Of a stretch of DNA of 63,792 nt, positions 1 through 9,052 are shown piece after piece. How positions within the stretch are numbered: the first letter of the stretch is position 1; the number at the start of each line of letters is the position of its first letter. Origin of the DNA: Deltaproteobacteria bacterium. GTDB taxonomy: Bacteria; Myxococcota; XYA12-FULL-58-9. The position numbers and the translations under genes are program-made. The stretch spans positions 1 to 63,792 of the forward strand of contig JBFYZW010000235.1 of NCBI GenBank assembly GCA_041309305.1, written 5' to 3'. A model generated the notes under the pieces. It searched no databases. It saw only the letters and a list, made by a program, of their open reading frames with translations, and was not told where the DNA came from.

Positions 1-240
1 CTATCGCGGAACCCGCAAGAACCTGTACGACATGCGGCGCGCGGCAGCCATCCAGAACCTCGAGACGGCGCAACGCAAGGCGGCGTGAATGCGCGCGATT
101 CAAACCGGTCGGCGTTCTAGACCGCGATGGAGGAAGCTCAGAAACGGTTCCGTCGCATACAAGGCTACAAGGACGTGCACCGACTCGTCCGTGCGCTCGA
201 GCAGCACGAACGAAAACTCGGGCTTGTTGACGACGCTGAG
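1..240 (+). pseudogene. Degenerate IS256-family (mutator-type) transposase 3' remnant, split over two frames
   Basis: The frame at 2..88 reads RKNLYDMRRAAAIQNLETAQRKAA*, which resembles the TTNxIExLNxxxRK motif. After stops, the frame starting at 127 reads EEAQKRFRRIQGYKDVHRLVRAL, which resembles the C-terminal AExxWRRLxGxxLLxxV motif. There is no intact ORF. Motif-level recognition only. Confidence 0.4.
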
Positions 241-382
241 AAGGTCGCGCAGGAGAACTCAGCCGCACCCGTGATTCTAAACACGGCACGGGACGTCGCC
301 CCAATGCGATGTCGAGGGATACGGCGAGCCACCCACGGAGATCTCGTTCCACTTCGTGGGCGCTCGAAAGGAGGCTCGACGA

Positions 383-1147
383 CTACTCCACCGTGGTGCG
401 TTTGAAGGAGAACCGGTACAGGTTGCCGTCGGCGCTGGAAACGAACATGTGGTCACCGACGATCACCGGGTCCGAGTCGATCTTGCCGCCGGTCTGGTGG
501 CGCCAGAAGGCAGTTCCGTCTGCTCGTTGAAACGCGTACACGCTGCCGTCACCGCTCGCGCCGGCAGCGACGACCAGGTTCTTGTAGACGCTCGGGATGG
601 CGATGGCTGGCCCACGGGTCGGCGCCTTCCACTTGAGTCGGCCGGTGGTGGCGTCGATGGCATAGACGTGCCGGTCGTTGCTGCCAATGTAGAGGACGCC
701 GTCGACCAGACATGGCGACGAGTTGACCCAGTCCTGGGTGCGGACGGTCCACAGAGCGTCGTCGTGGCTACGCAGCTTCTTGCTCTCGAAGCTGTCCGAG
801 ATGTCGAGCGCGTACACGTTGCTGTCGTTGGAGCCGACATAGAGCATCGCGCCGTGAATGAGCGGGGTCGAAGTGACCGGTCCGTCGGTCTGGAAGCGCC
901 CCACCAGGGAACCGTCGGTGGCCTTGAGTGCGTAGACGTTGTGGTCGAGGTTGCCGAGGAAGATGAGGCCGTCCGCGAATGTCGGTGAGGAGTAGGAGAA
1001 GTTGCCGACCACCAGCGGGGTGGTGGGCTTGGGCGGCGGTGGTGGTGGCTCGGGCGCTGGAGGCGGCTCAGCGCGGCGACGCCGGCGACCTTTGGCGGGT
1101 GGCGCTGGCTCGACGGCAGGTGGCGGCAAATCGAGAGTGGGCGCCAC
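383..1147 (-). CDS. PQQ-like (BamB/YVTN-type) beta-propeller repeat protein
   Basis: 254-aa ORF with repeated blade motifs (LYVGSNDSNVYALD, VLYIGSNDRHVYAIDATTGRLKW, GSVYAFQRADGTAFW) and a Pro/Arg-rich N-terminal linker. Blade-like sequence (GNLYKLDAKTGAELWKF) continues upstream to about 1225 with no ATG/GTG/TTG, so the 5' end is unresolved. Confidence 0.65.
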   Translation of the reverse strand: MAPTLDLPPPAVEPAPPAKGRRRRRAEPPPAPEPPPPPPKPTTPLVVGNFSYSSPTFADGLIFLGNLDHNVYALKATDGSLVGRFQTDGPVTSTPLIHGAMLYVGSNDSNVYALDISDSFESKKLRSHDDALWTVRTQDWVNSSPCLVDGVLYIGSNDRHVYAIDATTGRLKWKAPTRGPAIAIPSVYKNLVVAAGASGDGSVYAFQRADGTAFWRHQTGGKIDSDPVIVGDHMFVSSADGNLYRFSFKRTTVE

Positions 1148-1334
1148 GGCCGGCGGGAACTTCCACAGCTCCGCGCCGGTCTTGGCGTCGAGCTTGTAGA
1201 GGTTCCCTATCCACTCGACCTCGTCACCGCAAGCTCCACGGCCGACCCGTGCCCTGGCAGGGCTTCGGAACCTCGGGGGCCGACCGTGGGGGTTTTGTGC
1301 GCCCGCAGACCCGAGATCGTGCTACAAACCGGGC

Positions 1335-3164
1335 ATGCGTCGACCAACTCGCACCGGACGAGGGCCCACGGTGCTGACGGTCGGCCTCCTCTGCGCGCTC
1401 ATCGGCTGCAACCGACAGGTGGGCGGCAGCAACGTCGTGCTGACCGAGTGGGCCGGCAGCCCGCTGCTGTTGGTGGACGGGCAGCCCTTCTCGATCCGTG
1501 GAGTCACCTTCACGGTGCCGGCGGGTGGCCGCGCCGAGTTGCAAGCGGCCTTCCAAGATCTGGCCGCGTTGAACGTCAACGCGATCCGGATCTGGGCCGT
1601 GGACGACGACACCCCCGCCGTGCTCGACCTGGCCGCGCGCCACGGCATCCGCGTGATGGTCGGCTTGTGGCTGCGTCACGGTCAACCTGGCCCTCAGGGC
1701 AACGACCGTTTCGACTGGCTCGCGGATGTGGACGGGCGACGGGCGCAGTGGGACGCAGCGCTCGACGCGGTTCGTCGTTTTCGGCACCACCCCGCGGTCC
1801 TGATGTGGGCACTCGGCAACGAGGTCATCGACAATATCGCTGCGGAGGAAGAGAGGATCGCGTTCGCCGAGTTCCTCGGGCGATTGGCAACCGAGGTGAA
1901 GAAGCTGGATCCCCGGCACCCCGTGACCTCCGCCGGCTCGAGCTCGGTGCCCTGGCCATACTGGCGCGAGCATTGCGGCGCCTTGGACCTCTTCGGGGTC
2001 AACGTGTACGGCCCGGTCATCAACGACGTCGTCGAGCGGCATCGGGAGCTCGGCCTGCGCAGTCCACTCATCGTTACGGAGTTCGGCGCGACCGGGATCT
2101 GGGACGTCGCGCCGGACGCAAACGGCGCGCGGCTGCAGGTACCCGACGCGGTCAGGTATCGGACCATCGCCGACGGTTGGAACGATTGGGTCCTCCCGGC
2201 GACCAAGAACCTCGGTGGCTTCGTCTTCCACTACGCGGACACGCCGGTGTCCGAAGGCAACTGGTGGAGCACGCGCGTCGATGGCCACACGCGGCCGTCG
2301 TATTGGGCGATCCGGGAAGCGTTTGCGGGCAAACCCCCTGCAGACCACCTGCCCACCATCCTCCACTTCGCGACCCGCCGGCGCATGGTGAAGGCCGCTA
2401 CCTGGCTCCCCCTCGACCTGCAGGTCACCGACCCGGAAGGGGGTGCGGTCGACCTCGAGTTTCTCGCCCAGCCGGAGGGTACCGCCGTGGCGCCCTCTGC
2501 GCTCCAAAGCAGGGGCGCGCTGGACACGGGCGGCATCGAGGTGCGCGCGCCAACAACGCCGGGGGTGTGGATCTTCTCCGTTCTGGCCAGAGACCCATTC
2601 CGGAACCTGGCGCTCGCCCAGACGTCCGTCATCGTGGCGGACGAGATACCGGAGACCGGCGCGGGCGAGCCCCTACCTTTCTACGTCTTCCGCGACGATG
2701 CCAGCGACAGCAATCACTTCTCGCCCACCGGTCACATGGGTGACGCGAGGGCGAACGTCGATTTCGGACAGCAAGCCGATGGGCAGCAGGGGACCTCGAT
2801 CCGCGTTCGGCTCGACCCCGGCGGCGGTTGGTACGGGCTGGCCTGGTTGGACCCACCCTTCGACTGGGGTCGAGAGCGCGGCGGATTCGATCTCAGCGGC
2901 GCCACGACGCTGTCCTGGCTGGCGCGAGGTGAGGACGGAGACGAGACCGTGACCTTTGCCTTCGGCATCCTCGGCGCAGATGTCAAGTGGCCGGATACGG
3001 CGGGTGCCGAGTTGCGGGACGTGCGCCTGACCCGGGCGTGGAGACGGTACTCGATCCCGCTCGCTGGCCGCGACCTGACGCGCATCAAGACGGGGTTTGC
3101 GCTGTTTGCGCGCAACCGGGAGCGGGGCTTGACCATCTTCGTCGACGACATCGGGTACCACTGA
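1335..3164 (+). CDS. Lipoprotein glycoside hydrolase, clan GH-A TIM barrel (GH5/GH2-like), with a C-terminal non-catalytic domain
   Basis: 609 aa. Signal peptide with lipobox LLCALIGC. WALGNEV fits the acid/base NE motif and IVTEFG fits the nucleophile TExG motif. The roughly 200-aa beta-rich C-terminal region could bind carbohydrate. Confidence 0.7.
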   Translation: MRRPTRTGRGPTVLTVGLLCALIGCNRQVGGSNVVLTEWAGSPLLLVDGQPFSIRGVTFTVPAGGRAELQAAFQDLAALNVNAIRIWAVDDDTPAVLDLAARHGIRVMVGLWLRHGQPGPQGNDRFDWLADVDGRRAQWDAALDAVRRFRHHPAVLMWALGNEVIDNIAAEEERIAFAEFLGRLATEVKKLDPRHPVTSAGSSSVPWPYWREHCGALDLFGVNVYGPVINDVVERHRELGLRSPLIVTEFGATGIWDVAPDANGARLQVPDAVRYRTIADGWNDWVLPATKNLGGFVFHYADTPVSEGNWWSTRVDGHTRPSYWAIREAFAGKPPADHLPTILHFATRRRMVKAATWLPLDLQVTDPEGGAVDLEFLAQPEGTAVAPSALQSRGALDTGGIEVRAPTTPGVWIFSVLARDPFRNLALAQTSVIVADEIPETGAGEPLPFYVFRDDASDSNHFSPTGHMGDARANVDFGQQADGQQGTSIRVRLDPGGGWYGLAWLDPPFDWGRERGGFDLSGATTLSWLARGEDGDETVTFAFGILGADVKWPDTAGAELRDVRLTRAWRRYSIPLAGRDLTRIKTGFALFARNRERGLTIFVDDIGYH

Positions 3165-3241
3165 TCTGTCGCACACTTGCGCAGACAGATAGGCCACGGT
3201 ACCATCGATGATCGGCGGCTCCGCATCCTTCGCGGTCCCTC

Positions 3242-4594
3242 ATGGGAGAGGTCATCATGAGCGCAACCAGCAGGGTCTTCGTGAGCGCAGCTGTCGCTTG
3301 TTTCTTCCTTTCGTGCGTGAGCAGCAACTCGTCACAGACCTGCCGCAACGCCGACGAGTGTGACCCGGGCTACACCTGCCGCGATGGCTACTGTCTCGAG
3401 CTCTGCACGGCGGATCGTGACTGCGCCAAGGTCGAGCAGTGCGTGAACGGGCTGTGCGAACGGGTGGCGAACCCCGAATGTGCCGCGGACTCCGACTGCT
3501 CCGCGGGCGGCAATTGCGTCGCGCCCGAGGGCACCTGCCTCGCCGGCGCCTGCGGGTACACCGCAGTCACCAACGGCACGGCGTGCTCCGCGGGCAGCGT
3601 CGCCGGGTGGTGCTGGAGCGGCGTGTGCGTGCCGCGCGGTTGTGGTGACGGCGTGGTGGAAAACGGCGAGGCCTGCGACGACCGGAATACCGCCTCTGGC
3701 GACGGCTGCCTCTCCGACTGCACCGCGGTCGAGGCCGGCTACTCGTGCTTCGACGGCTTGCCGTGCCGGTTGACCTGCCGCTACGATGGCACCTGTCCGG
3801 GTCGCATCGTCACCATCCTGCTGGCCCTCGACGGGCTGACGAGCTCGCTCATCCGCGAGGCCCTGGTCGAGCAGGCCGTCGACTGGGTGACGCCCACTCC
3901 CGACCCGAACGTGTTGTACGTGCGTGACGATCACACCGCCGGCGAGTCGACCGGGGACCTGATCATGGTCAACGATATCCTCGCCGGCTTGACCGCCGTC
4001 GGTGTGCAGATCACCGCCATGGACGAGCCCCCCACCGGGCTGACGACCGCCAATGTCAGTGGCTTCGACGTGGTCTGGTTCGCCAATCCGGGGTACCCCA
4101 TCGACGACGCGCAGACCTTGGCGACCCTGCGCGAGTTCGCCCTCGCCGGCGGTGGGGTCGTGTTGCAGGGCGACGACATGGCCTGGACCGCTGCCAACGG
4201 CGAGCCGAGCTGGGGCACGGTCAACTGCGGCGGCCCCACCCACCCCTACCACGCCGATTTGACGGGCTTGAGCTGCGTGCACAACGGCCACGCCTACTGC
4301 AACAAGGAGACCGACAACATCTCCAACTCCTACGGTGGCGACGCCTATGTGGTCACCATCGAGACCGGCAGCACGCACCCGGTCATCGCCGGCATCGGGG
4401 GACAGTCCGGCAACTACGTCAACGACATCGACATCGCTGCAGTTCGGACCGGGTTGGATGCTTCCGTCCGCGTCCTGGCAACCGCCACCATCTCCGATGC
4501 CGACTTCTCCACACCGAGCGCTTCCTGCCCGACGGTCAACCGGGCCATCCCGGTCATCGTCGCGCAGGATCTGAACGCGAGCTGGTCTCCCTGA
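3242..4594 (+). CDS. Lipoprotein with an N-terminal Cys-rich region including one Myxococcus-type cysteine-rich repeat, plus a C-terminal alpha/beta domain of unknown function
   Basis: 450 aa. Lipobox FFLSC. Contains CGDGVVENGEACDDRNTASGDGCLSDC, which matches the CGDGxxxxGExCDDGNxxxGDGCSxxC repeat pattern (TIGR02232-like). An alternative start lies at 3257. Confidence 0.65.
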   Translation: MGEVIMSATSRVFVSAAVACFFLSCVSSNSSQTCRNADECDPGYTCRDGYCLELCTADRDCAKVEQCVNGLCERVANPECAADSDCSAGGNCVAPEGTCLAGACGYTAVTNGTACSAGSVAGWCWSGVCVPRGCGDGVVENGEACDDRNTASGDGCLSDCTAVEAGYSCFDGLPCRLTCRYDGTCPGRIVTILLALDGLTSSLIREALVEQAVDWVTPTPDPNVLYVRDDHTAGESTGDLIMVNDILAGLTAVGVQITAMDEPPTGLTTANVSGFDVVWFANPGYPIDDAQTLATLREFALAGGGVVLQGDDMAWTAANGEPSWGTVNCGGPTHPYHADLTGLSCVHNGHAYCNKETDNISNSYGGDAYVVTIETGSTHPVIAGIGGQSGNYVNDIDIAAVRTGLDASVRVLATATISDADFSTPSASCPTVNRAIPVIVAQDLNASWSP

Positions 4595-4643
4595 CCTCGA
4601 TCCTCCGCCGCCGAGGACCGAGCTCGAGCCTGGTGAGGTCGCG

Positions 4644-7100
4644 TTGACCGAGGGGCAGCTCCAGGCGGGTCGGACCACCGCCTCCGTCGTTCTCCCGTGC
4701 CTGAACGAGGCCGCGGGATTGAGACGGACCCTCGCCTCCGCCCGCGAGCTCTTCTCGGCCTGCGACCTCGCCGGCGAGATCATCGTCGCCGACAACGGCA
4801 GCGACGACGCCTCGGTCGAGATCGCCACCGCCGCCGGCGCCACGGTCGTCCACGTCCCCGAACGCGGCTACGGCTGTGCAACCCGGGCGGGACTCGCGGC
4901 GTGCCGCGGCGAGCTGCTGCTCATCGCCGACGCCGACGGTACCTACGATCTGAGAGAGGGCGAGCGGCTCATCGCGGCACTGCGCAATGGGGCAGATCTG
5001 GTGATCGGCAACCGGTTTCAGGGCGACATCGAGCCGTTCGCCATGCCGTTTTCGCATCGCTACCTCGGCAACCCGGCGCTCAGCGCCCTCGGCCGCCTCT
5101 TCTCCGGCGCGTCGGTAGGCGATTTCCACGCCGGCATGCGCGGCTTGACCCGCGCCGCGCACGACAAGCTGAAACTGCAGGGCACGGGGATGGAGCTCGC
5201 GAGCGAGATGATCCTGGTCGCCGCGCGCTGCGGCCTGCGCATCCGAGAGGTGCCGATCACGCTCGACAACCGCGCGCCCGGCAGCGCGTCCCATCTCCGT
5301 CCATGGTCCGACGCTTGGCGACACCTCCGCTGCATGTGGCGGCTTCGGCCCGCGTGGGCGGTGCCGTACCTCCTGCTCGCCTACACCCTCGGGCTCCTGG
5401 CGGCGTTTGTCCTGGGTACGGGCACCGAGGCGGCGCCAACGCCGCCCGACGCGATGCAGCGGCTGCGCCTCGAGCCCGGGGAGCTGATCCTCACCGCGCT
5501 GGCGGCGACGGTCGGCGCCCCGCTGCTCACTGCCATCCACTGGCGAGGTTGGTGGTTGGGCCGGCTCTGCAGGGTCGTCGCGCACAACCGAGGCTTGGCG
5601 GCATTGCTGATCGCGCTCTCCGCCGTCGGCGGGGCCTGGGGAGTGGCTCAGCTGAATGGCTGGCCCGTACCGCAGATCCACGACGAGTTCTGCTACCTGT
5701 TGACCGCGGATACCTTCGCCGCCGGACGTCTGACCAATCCTACCCCCGCGCTGTGGCGGTTCTTCGAGAGCCCGCACCTGTTCCTCGAGCCGACCTACGC
5801 GGCGAAATACCCCCCGGCGCAGGCCGTCTTCATGGCCGCCGGACAGCTCGCCACCGGTGAGCCAATCGTCGGGGTATGGCTCGCCGCCGGTCTGGCGTTG
5901 GCAGCCTTCTACTGGCTGCTCCTCGCCTGGACCCGCCGGCGATGGGCGCTCGCCGGGGCGCTGCTGGTGACGATCGGCCTGGGGGCCACGGGGTACTGGA
6001 ACCAGGGCTACTGGGGTGGATGGGTACCGTTCATTGGCGGCGCGCTCGTCTTCGGCGCCTCGCGCCGGCTCCGCGGTCCCGGCGCCGGGCCCCAGTGCCT
6101 GGTTTGGGCGGTTGGCGTGGTCGTCCTGATGACCAGCCGGCCCTTCGAGGGGTTGATCGTCACCGTGCCAACGGGTCTGTTCGTTCTCGCCCGCGTGTTG
6201 CGCGGACGGCACTGGGGGTACGCGGCGGGCGCCGCGGTCCTTCTCGCCGTCGCCGCGGCGGGGATGCTGCACTACAATCGCGCGGTCACCGGCGACGCCT
6301 GGACCCTGCCCTACACCCATCAGCGGTCCCTCTATGCCGCGACCGAGCCGTTTCTCGTCGGCACCCCGCCGGCGCCGCCGTACTACCGCCACGCCAACTT
6401 GGCGCGCTTCTACGAGTGGGAGCGGCAGGGGTTCGAGGCGCAGCAGACGGTTTCCGGTCTGCTGCGAACCAAGTGGGCTCAGCTGCGTGAGCTCTGGATC
6501 TTCTTTTTGGGCGTCGTGCTCACCCTGCCGCTGCTGACCTCCCTGATCCGCACACGCGACTTCTGGTCGCGAGCCGGCGCGCTCGTCTTGCTCCTCTTCT
6601 TCGCGGCTCTGAGGTTCGAGACGTGGATTCAGCCGCACTACGCAGCTCCCGCCGCCCCGTTGTTTTTGGCGCTCTCGATCCGGGGTCTCCGCCGGTGGAC
6701 GCTTCTGCACGACGGCGCCGGCAGATTGGCCGCATTCTGGCTCGCGCTGGTGGTTTGCGCGAGCACCGCGGTCGAAGTGGTCGGACGTCAAGGCCCGGGC
6801 CCGGAGCGGGCGCCGTGGGCGGCACGCAGGGCCGAGATTACGTCGGTCCTCTCCGAGCTCGACGGGCGGCACCTGATCTTCGTCACCTACGCAGAGGGCC
6901 ACGAACCATTCGCCGAGTGGGTCTACAACGCGGCCGACCTCGAGGGCGCCGCGGTCATATGGGCGCACGATCTGGGGCCCGACGAGAACGAGGCGCTCAT
7001 CGCGACCCTGCGTGGCCGTCGCGTTTGGCGCCTGCGCGCGAGCGAGCCTCCGTGGGAGCTCGAGATCTACGGCGCCGAGCCGAGCCGCTCCAGCCGCTGA
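4644..7100 (+). CDS. Fusion protein: GT2 polyprenyl-phosphate sugar synthase-like domain (DPM1/ArnC-like) plus a polytopic GT-C-like membrane glycosyltransferase domain
   Basis: 818 aa with a TTG start in the ORF track. N-terminal GT2 motifs are VVLPCLNEA, ADNGSDD and DADGTYD (DxD). After about aa 240 there are many hydrophobic segments, with IHDEFCYLLTADTFAAGRL after the first TM. This resembles the DE first-loop motif of GT39/GT83-type GT-C enzymes. Confidence 0.7.
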   Translation: MTEGQLQAGRTTASVVLPCLNEAAGLRRTLASARELFSACDLAGEIIVADNGSDDASVEIATAAGATVVHVPERGYGCATRAGLAACRGELLLIADADGTYDLREGERLIAALRNGADLVIGNRFQGDIEPFAMPFSHRYLGNPALSALGRLFSGASVGDFHAGMRGLTRAAHDKLKLQGTGMELASEMILVAARCGLRIREVPITLDNRAPGSASHLRPWSDAWRHLRCMWRLRPAWAVPYLLLAYTLGLLAAFVLGTGTEAAPTPPDAMQRLRLEPGELILTALAATVGAPLLTAIHWRGWWLGRLCRVVAHNRGLAALLIALSAVGGAWGVAQLNGWPVPQIHDEFCYLLTADTFAAGRLTNPTPALWRFFESPHLFLEPTYAAKYPPAQAVFMAAGQLATGEPIVGVWLAAGLALAAFYWLLLAWTRRRWALAGALLVTIGLGATGYWNQGYWGGWVPFIGGALVFGASRRLRGPGAGPQCLVWAVGVVVLMTSRPFEGLIVTVPTGLFVLARVLRGRHWGYAAGAAVLLAVAAAGMLHYNRAVTGDAWTLPYTHQRSLYAATEPFLVGTPPAPPYYRHANLARFYEWERQGFEAQQTVSGLLRTKWAQLRELWIFFLGVVLTLPLLTSLIRTRDFWSRAGALVLLLFFAALRFETWIQPHYAAPAAPLFLALSIRGLRRWTLLHDGAGRLAAFWLALVVCASTAVEVVGRQGPGPERAPWAARRAEITSVLSELDGRHLIFVTYAEGHEPFAEWVYNAADLEGAAVIWAHDLGPDENEALIATLRGRRVWRLRASEPPWELEIYGAEPSRSSR

Positions 7101-7108
7101 GCGGCCCG

Positions 7109-8587
7109 TCAGTCGTACGCGGTCGCGAAGGCAAAGGCCGGAACCCACATGGCGACCAGGAGGTCGATGTCGCCGGTGCTGGCCGAGAAGAGCCAGAAGA
7201 GCCCCCCGAACAAGAGCAGCGAGACGAAGTTCGCCGCCGTCATTCCCCAGTTGCGGCCCACCCGCACCTTGATGCGCTGTCGATTGGTCTTGGGCGTCAG
7301 ATACCAACCCTGCCGGACGCGGAAGAAGCCCCTCACGTTGGCGAGGAAATACGTGTGCAGCAGAGAGAGAGAGATGAGGGTGGCGATCGGTATGAAGAGG
7401 AAGTCCCTGACCCTGCCAATCCGAAATGCCGAGATGGTCAGCTGAAACCAGTGGCTGAAGAAACAGGCGACCGTCAGCGGGAGCTGGAGCTGCAACAACC
7501 GCGAGAAGACGCGATCGTGGGCCGCGTCGATCTCGTGAAAGGAGCCCGAGGCGACCAGGGCGATCAAGAGCAGCGTAGTGAAAGCGAAGAGCTCGAGGTA
7601 CACGAACGTCGCGAAGTAGGTGTTCTGGCGCAGCAGGCTCAACTTGACCTTGAGGCTGAGGCTCTTGCTCCTGATCAGCCGCCAAAGGAACAGCCGCGCG
7701 ACCTCGGCGGTGCCCATGGCCCACCGCGCCTGCTGCTTGGCGTAGGCTCTGTAGTTGGGCGCCACCTCGCCGGTGTTCACCACCGAGCCGAGATACACGC
7801 CCCGGAATCCGCGCAGGTAGATGCGGTTGGACAGCTCGACGTCCTCGGTCAGCGAACCGGCACGAAACCCGCCGACCTCGGCGAGGTAATCGAGGCGAAA
7901 GAGCGCGCAGCAGCCGGTGAAGAGGACCATGTCACCGGCGACCTGCCGGCCGGGGAGATCGACCAGGTAGCAGGCGTTCTCCGTCAGGCCAAAACACCGC
8001 ATCAGCCAGTCTTGCTCGAGGTGGGCGATGCGTTTGGTCTGCACGTAGGCGATCGAATCGTCCGCCTCGATCACCTCGCAACAACGCTCGAGCGCGTCCG
8101 GCTGCGGACGGAAATCCGCGTCGAGGACGTAGATGTAGGCGAAACCCTTGGCGACCAGGTAGGGCTCGAGGTCCTTGAGGTTCCCGGCTTTGAAGCCGAC
8201 GTTTCGCCGTCGGTGAAAGACGACGAGCTCGTCCGACTCCATGATCTCGACGTTGGGGTCGTCACTGGGCGCGGCGACGCCCCCTTTCTTGGCGCAGAGG
8301 TCGAGCAACAGCTCTTGCGTCACGCCGTCGTTGGAGTCGTCGGCGACGATGATGGTTTTTTGGGGATAGGTCAGACGTTCGCAATGGCTGATGGTGTCGG
8401 CGATGACCCGGCTCTCGTTGAAACAGCAGATGACGATCGCCGTCTTCTTGCCGGCGATCGTATCGTTTCGCGGGAGCCGGACGGGAAACAGGCTGGCGAG
8501 GCCGTAGAAGTAGTTGTAGGCGGCGAAGTTAACAAACAACAATAGCAACAGCCCCTGGGTGATGAGCAGGGTGATCAGGAGCGACAT
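7109..8587 (-). CDS. Processive family-2 glycosyltransferase (cellulose synthase / CslA-like beta-glycan synthase)
   Basis: 492 aa. Motifs: VICCFNES, VADDSND, VLDADF, LTEDVELS (TED) and QQARWAMG (QxxRW). N- and C-terminal TM segments. Sampled lines count about 55% GC, clearly lower than the flanks. Confidence 0.8.
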   Translation of the reverse strand: MSLLITLLITQGLLLLLFVNFAAYNYFYGLASLFPVRLPRNDTIAGKKTAIVICCFNESRVIADTISHCERLTYPQKTIIVADDSNDGVTQELLLDLCAKKGGVAAPSDDPNVEIMESDELVVFHRRRNVGFKAGNLKDLEPYLVAKGFAYIYVLDADFRPQPDALERCCEVIEADDSIAYVQTKRIAHLEQDWLMRCFGLTENACYLVDLPGRQVAGDMVLFTGCCALFRLDYLAEVGGFRAGSLTEDVELSNRIYLRGFRGVYLGSVVNTGEVAPNYRAYAKQQARWAMGTAEVARLFLWRLIRSKSLSLKVKLSLLRQNTYFATFVYLELFAFTTLLLIALVASGSFHEIDAAHDRVFSRLLQLQLPLTVACFFSHWFQLTISAFRIGRVRDFLFIPIATLISLSLLHTYFLANVRGFFRVRQGWYLTPKTNRQRIKVRVGRNWGMTAANFVSLLLFGGLFWLFSASTGDIDLLVAMWVPAFAFATAYD

Positions 8588-8786
8588 CGCAACGACCTGC
8601 AGTTGAGAATGCGAACGACCCTACCTCGCACGCGCCCCCGCCGGACGATCAACGAGCGTGCAGCCTATTGCTCCTCCGCGTTCGTATACAAGTCGCGCCG
8701 AGAAGACAACCACGTTCGAGCCTGACCATGAGTAGGACAAACCCGGAGACAGTACCGGGAGCCGAGTAGTTGCGGGATGCCGGGTC

Positions 8787-8870
8787 GTGCATCGTCTTGG
8801 CTGGCGAGAGCTGGCAAAGCGCACCTTTGAGATAGACGTGATGCCGTGTCCGTCGTTTGGTCACAGCCCG
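8787..8870 (+). pseudogene. IS91-family (Y2 transposase) C-terminal fragment
   Basis: RLGWRELAKRTFEIDVMPCPSFGH resembles the conserved SWAxLLxRVFxIDVLxCPxCGG motif near the C-terminus of IS91-like transposases. Only about 28 codons remain, and the zinc-ribbon Cys residues are degraded. It abuts R1 copy A. Confidence 0.35.
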
Positions 8871-8954
8871 GTGGTGGTGTTGGGCCAGGTTGCGAGCGGG
8901 GCGGGCACGCGATCTACCGCGGTGGTCGGGTCAGCTGAGCCTTCGATGGAGCGT

Positions 8955-9052
8955 CGTGCCTTGATGGGTGCAGTGACGGCGGGGGCAAGCGATGAGCGGC
9001 GAGGTCGGGCGGGGTTCGTCATTGGGGGAGGGGGTTTGTGCCGCTCATGCAC
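8955..9052 (+). repeat. R1 repeat, copy A (3' part only; left part divergent)
   Basis: cgtgccttgatgg..ggggcaagcgatgagcggcgaggtcgggcggggttcgtcattgggggagggggtttgtgccgctcatgcac. It aligns to copies B, C, D and E. Confidence 0.8.

Noticed and set aside
4554-7724. 1056-aa minus-strand ORF, and similar very long ORFs: 3332..4843, 25808..27655, 29499..31133, 31699..33735, 39340..41937, 42394..44652, 47147..49834, 53350..55560 and 55600..57648.
   Set aside because: All are antisense or out of frame relative to ORFs with clear domain signatures. Their translations are Arg/Gly/Pro/Ala-rich and low in complexity, with no motifs. They are typical shadow ORFs of ~70% GC DNA.
8700-8730. A T-loop-like GTTCGAGCC near 8714, considered as a possible tRNA or integration site.
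   Set aside because: Flanking bases do not form a T-stem, acceptor stem or anticodon arm, so there is no cloverleaf.
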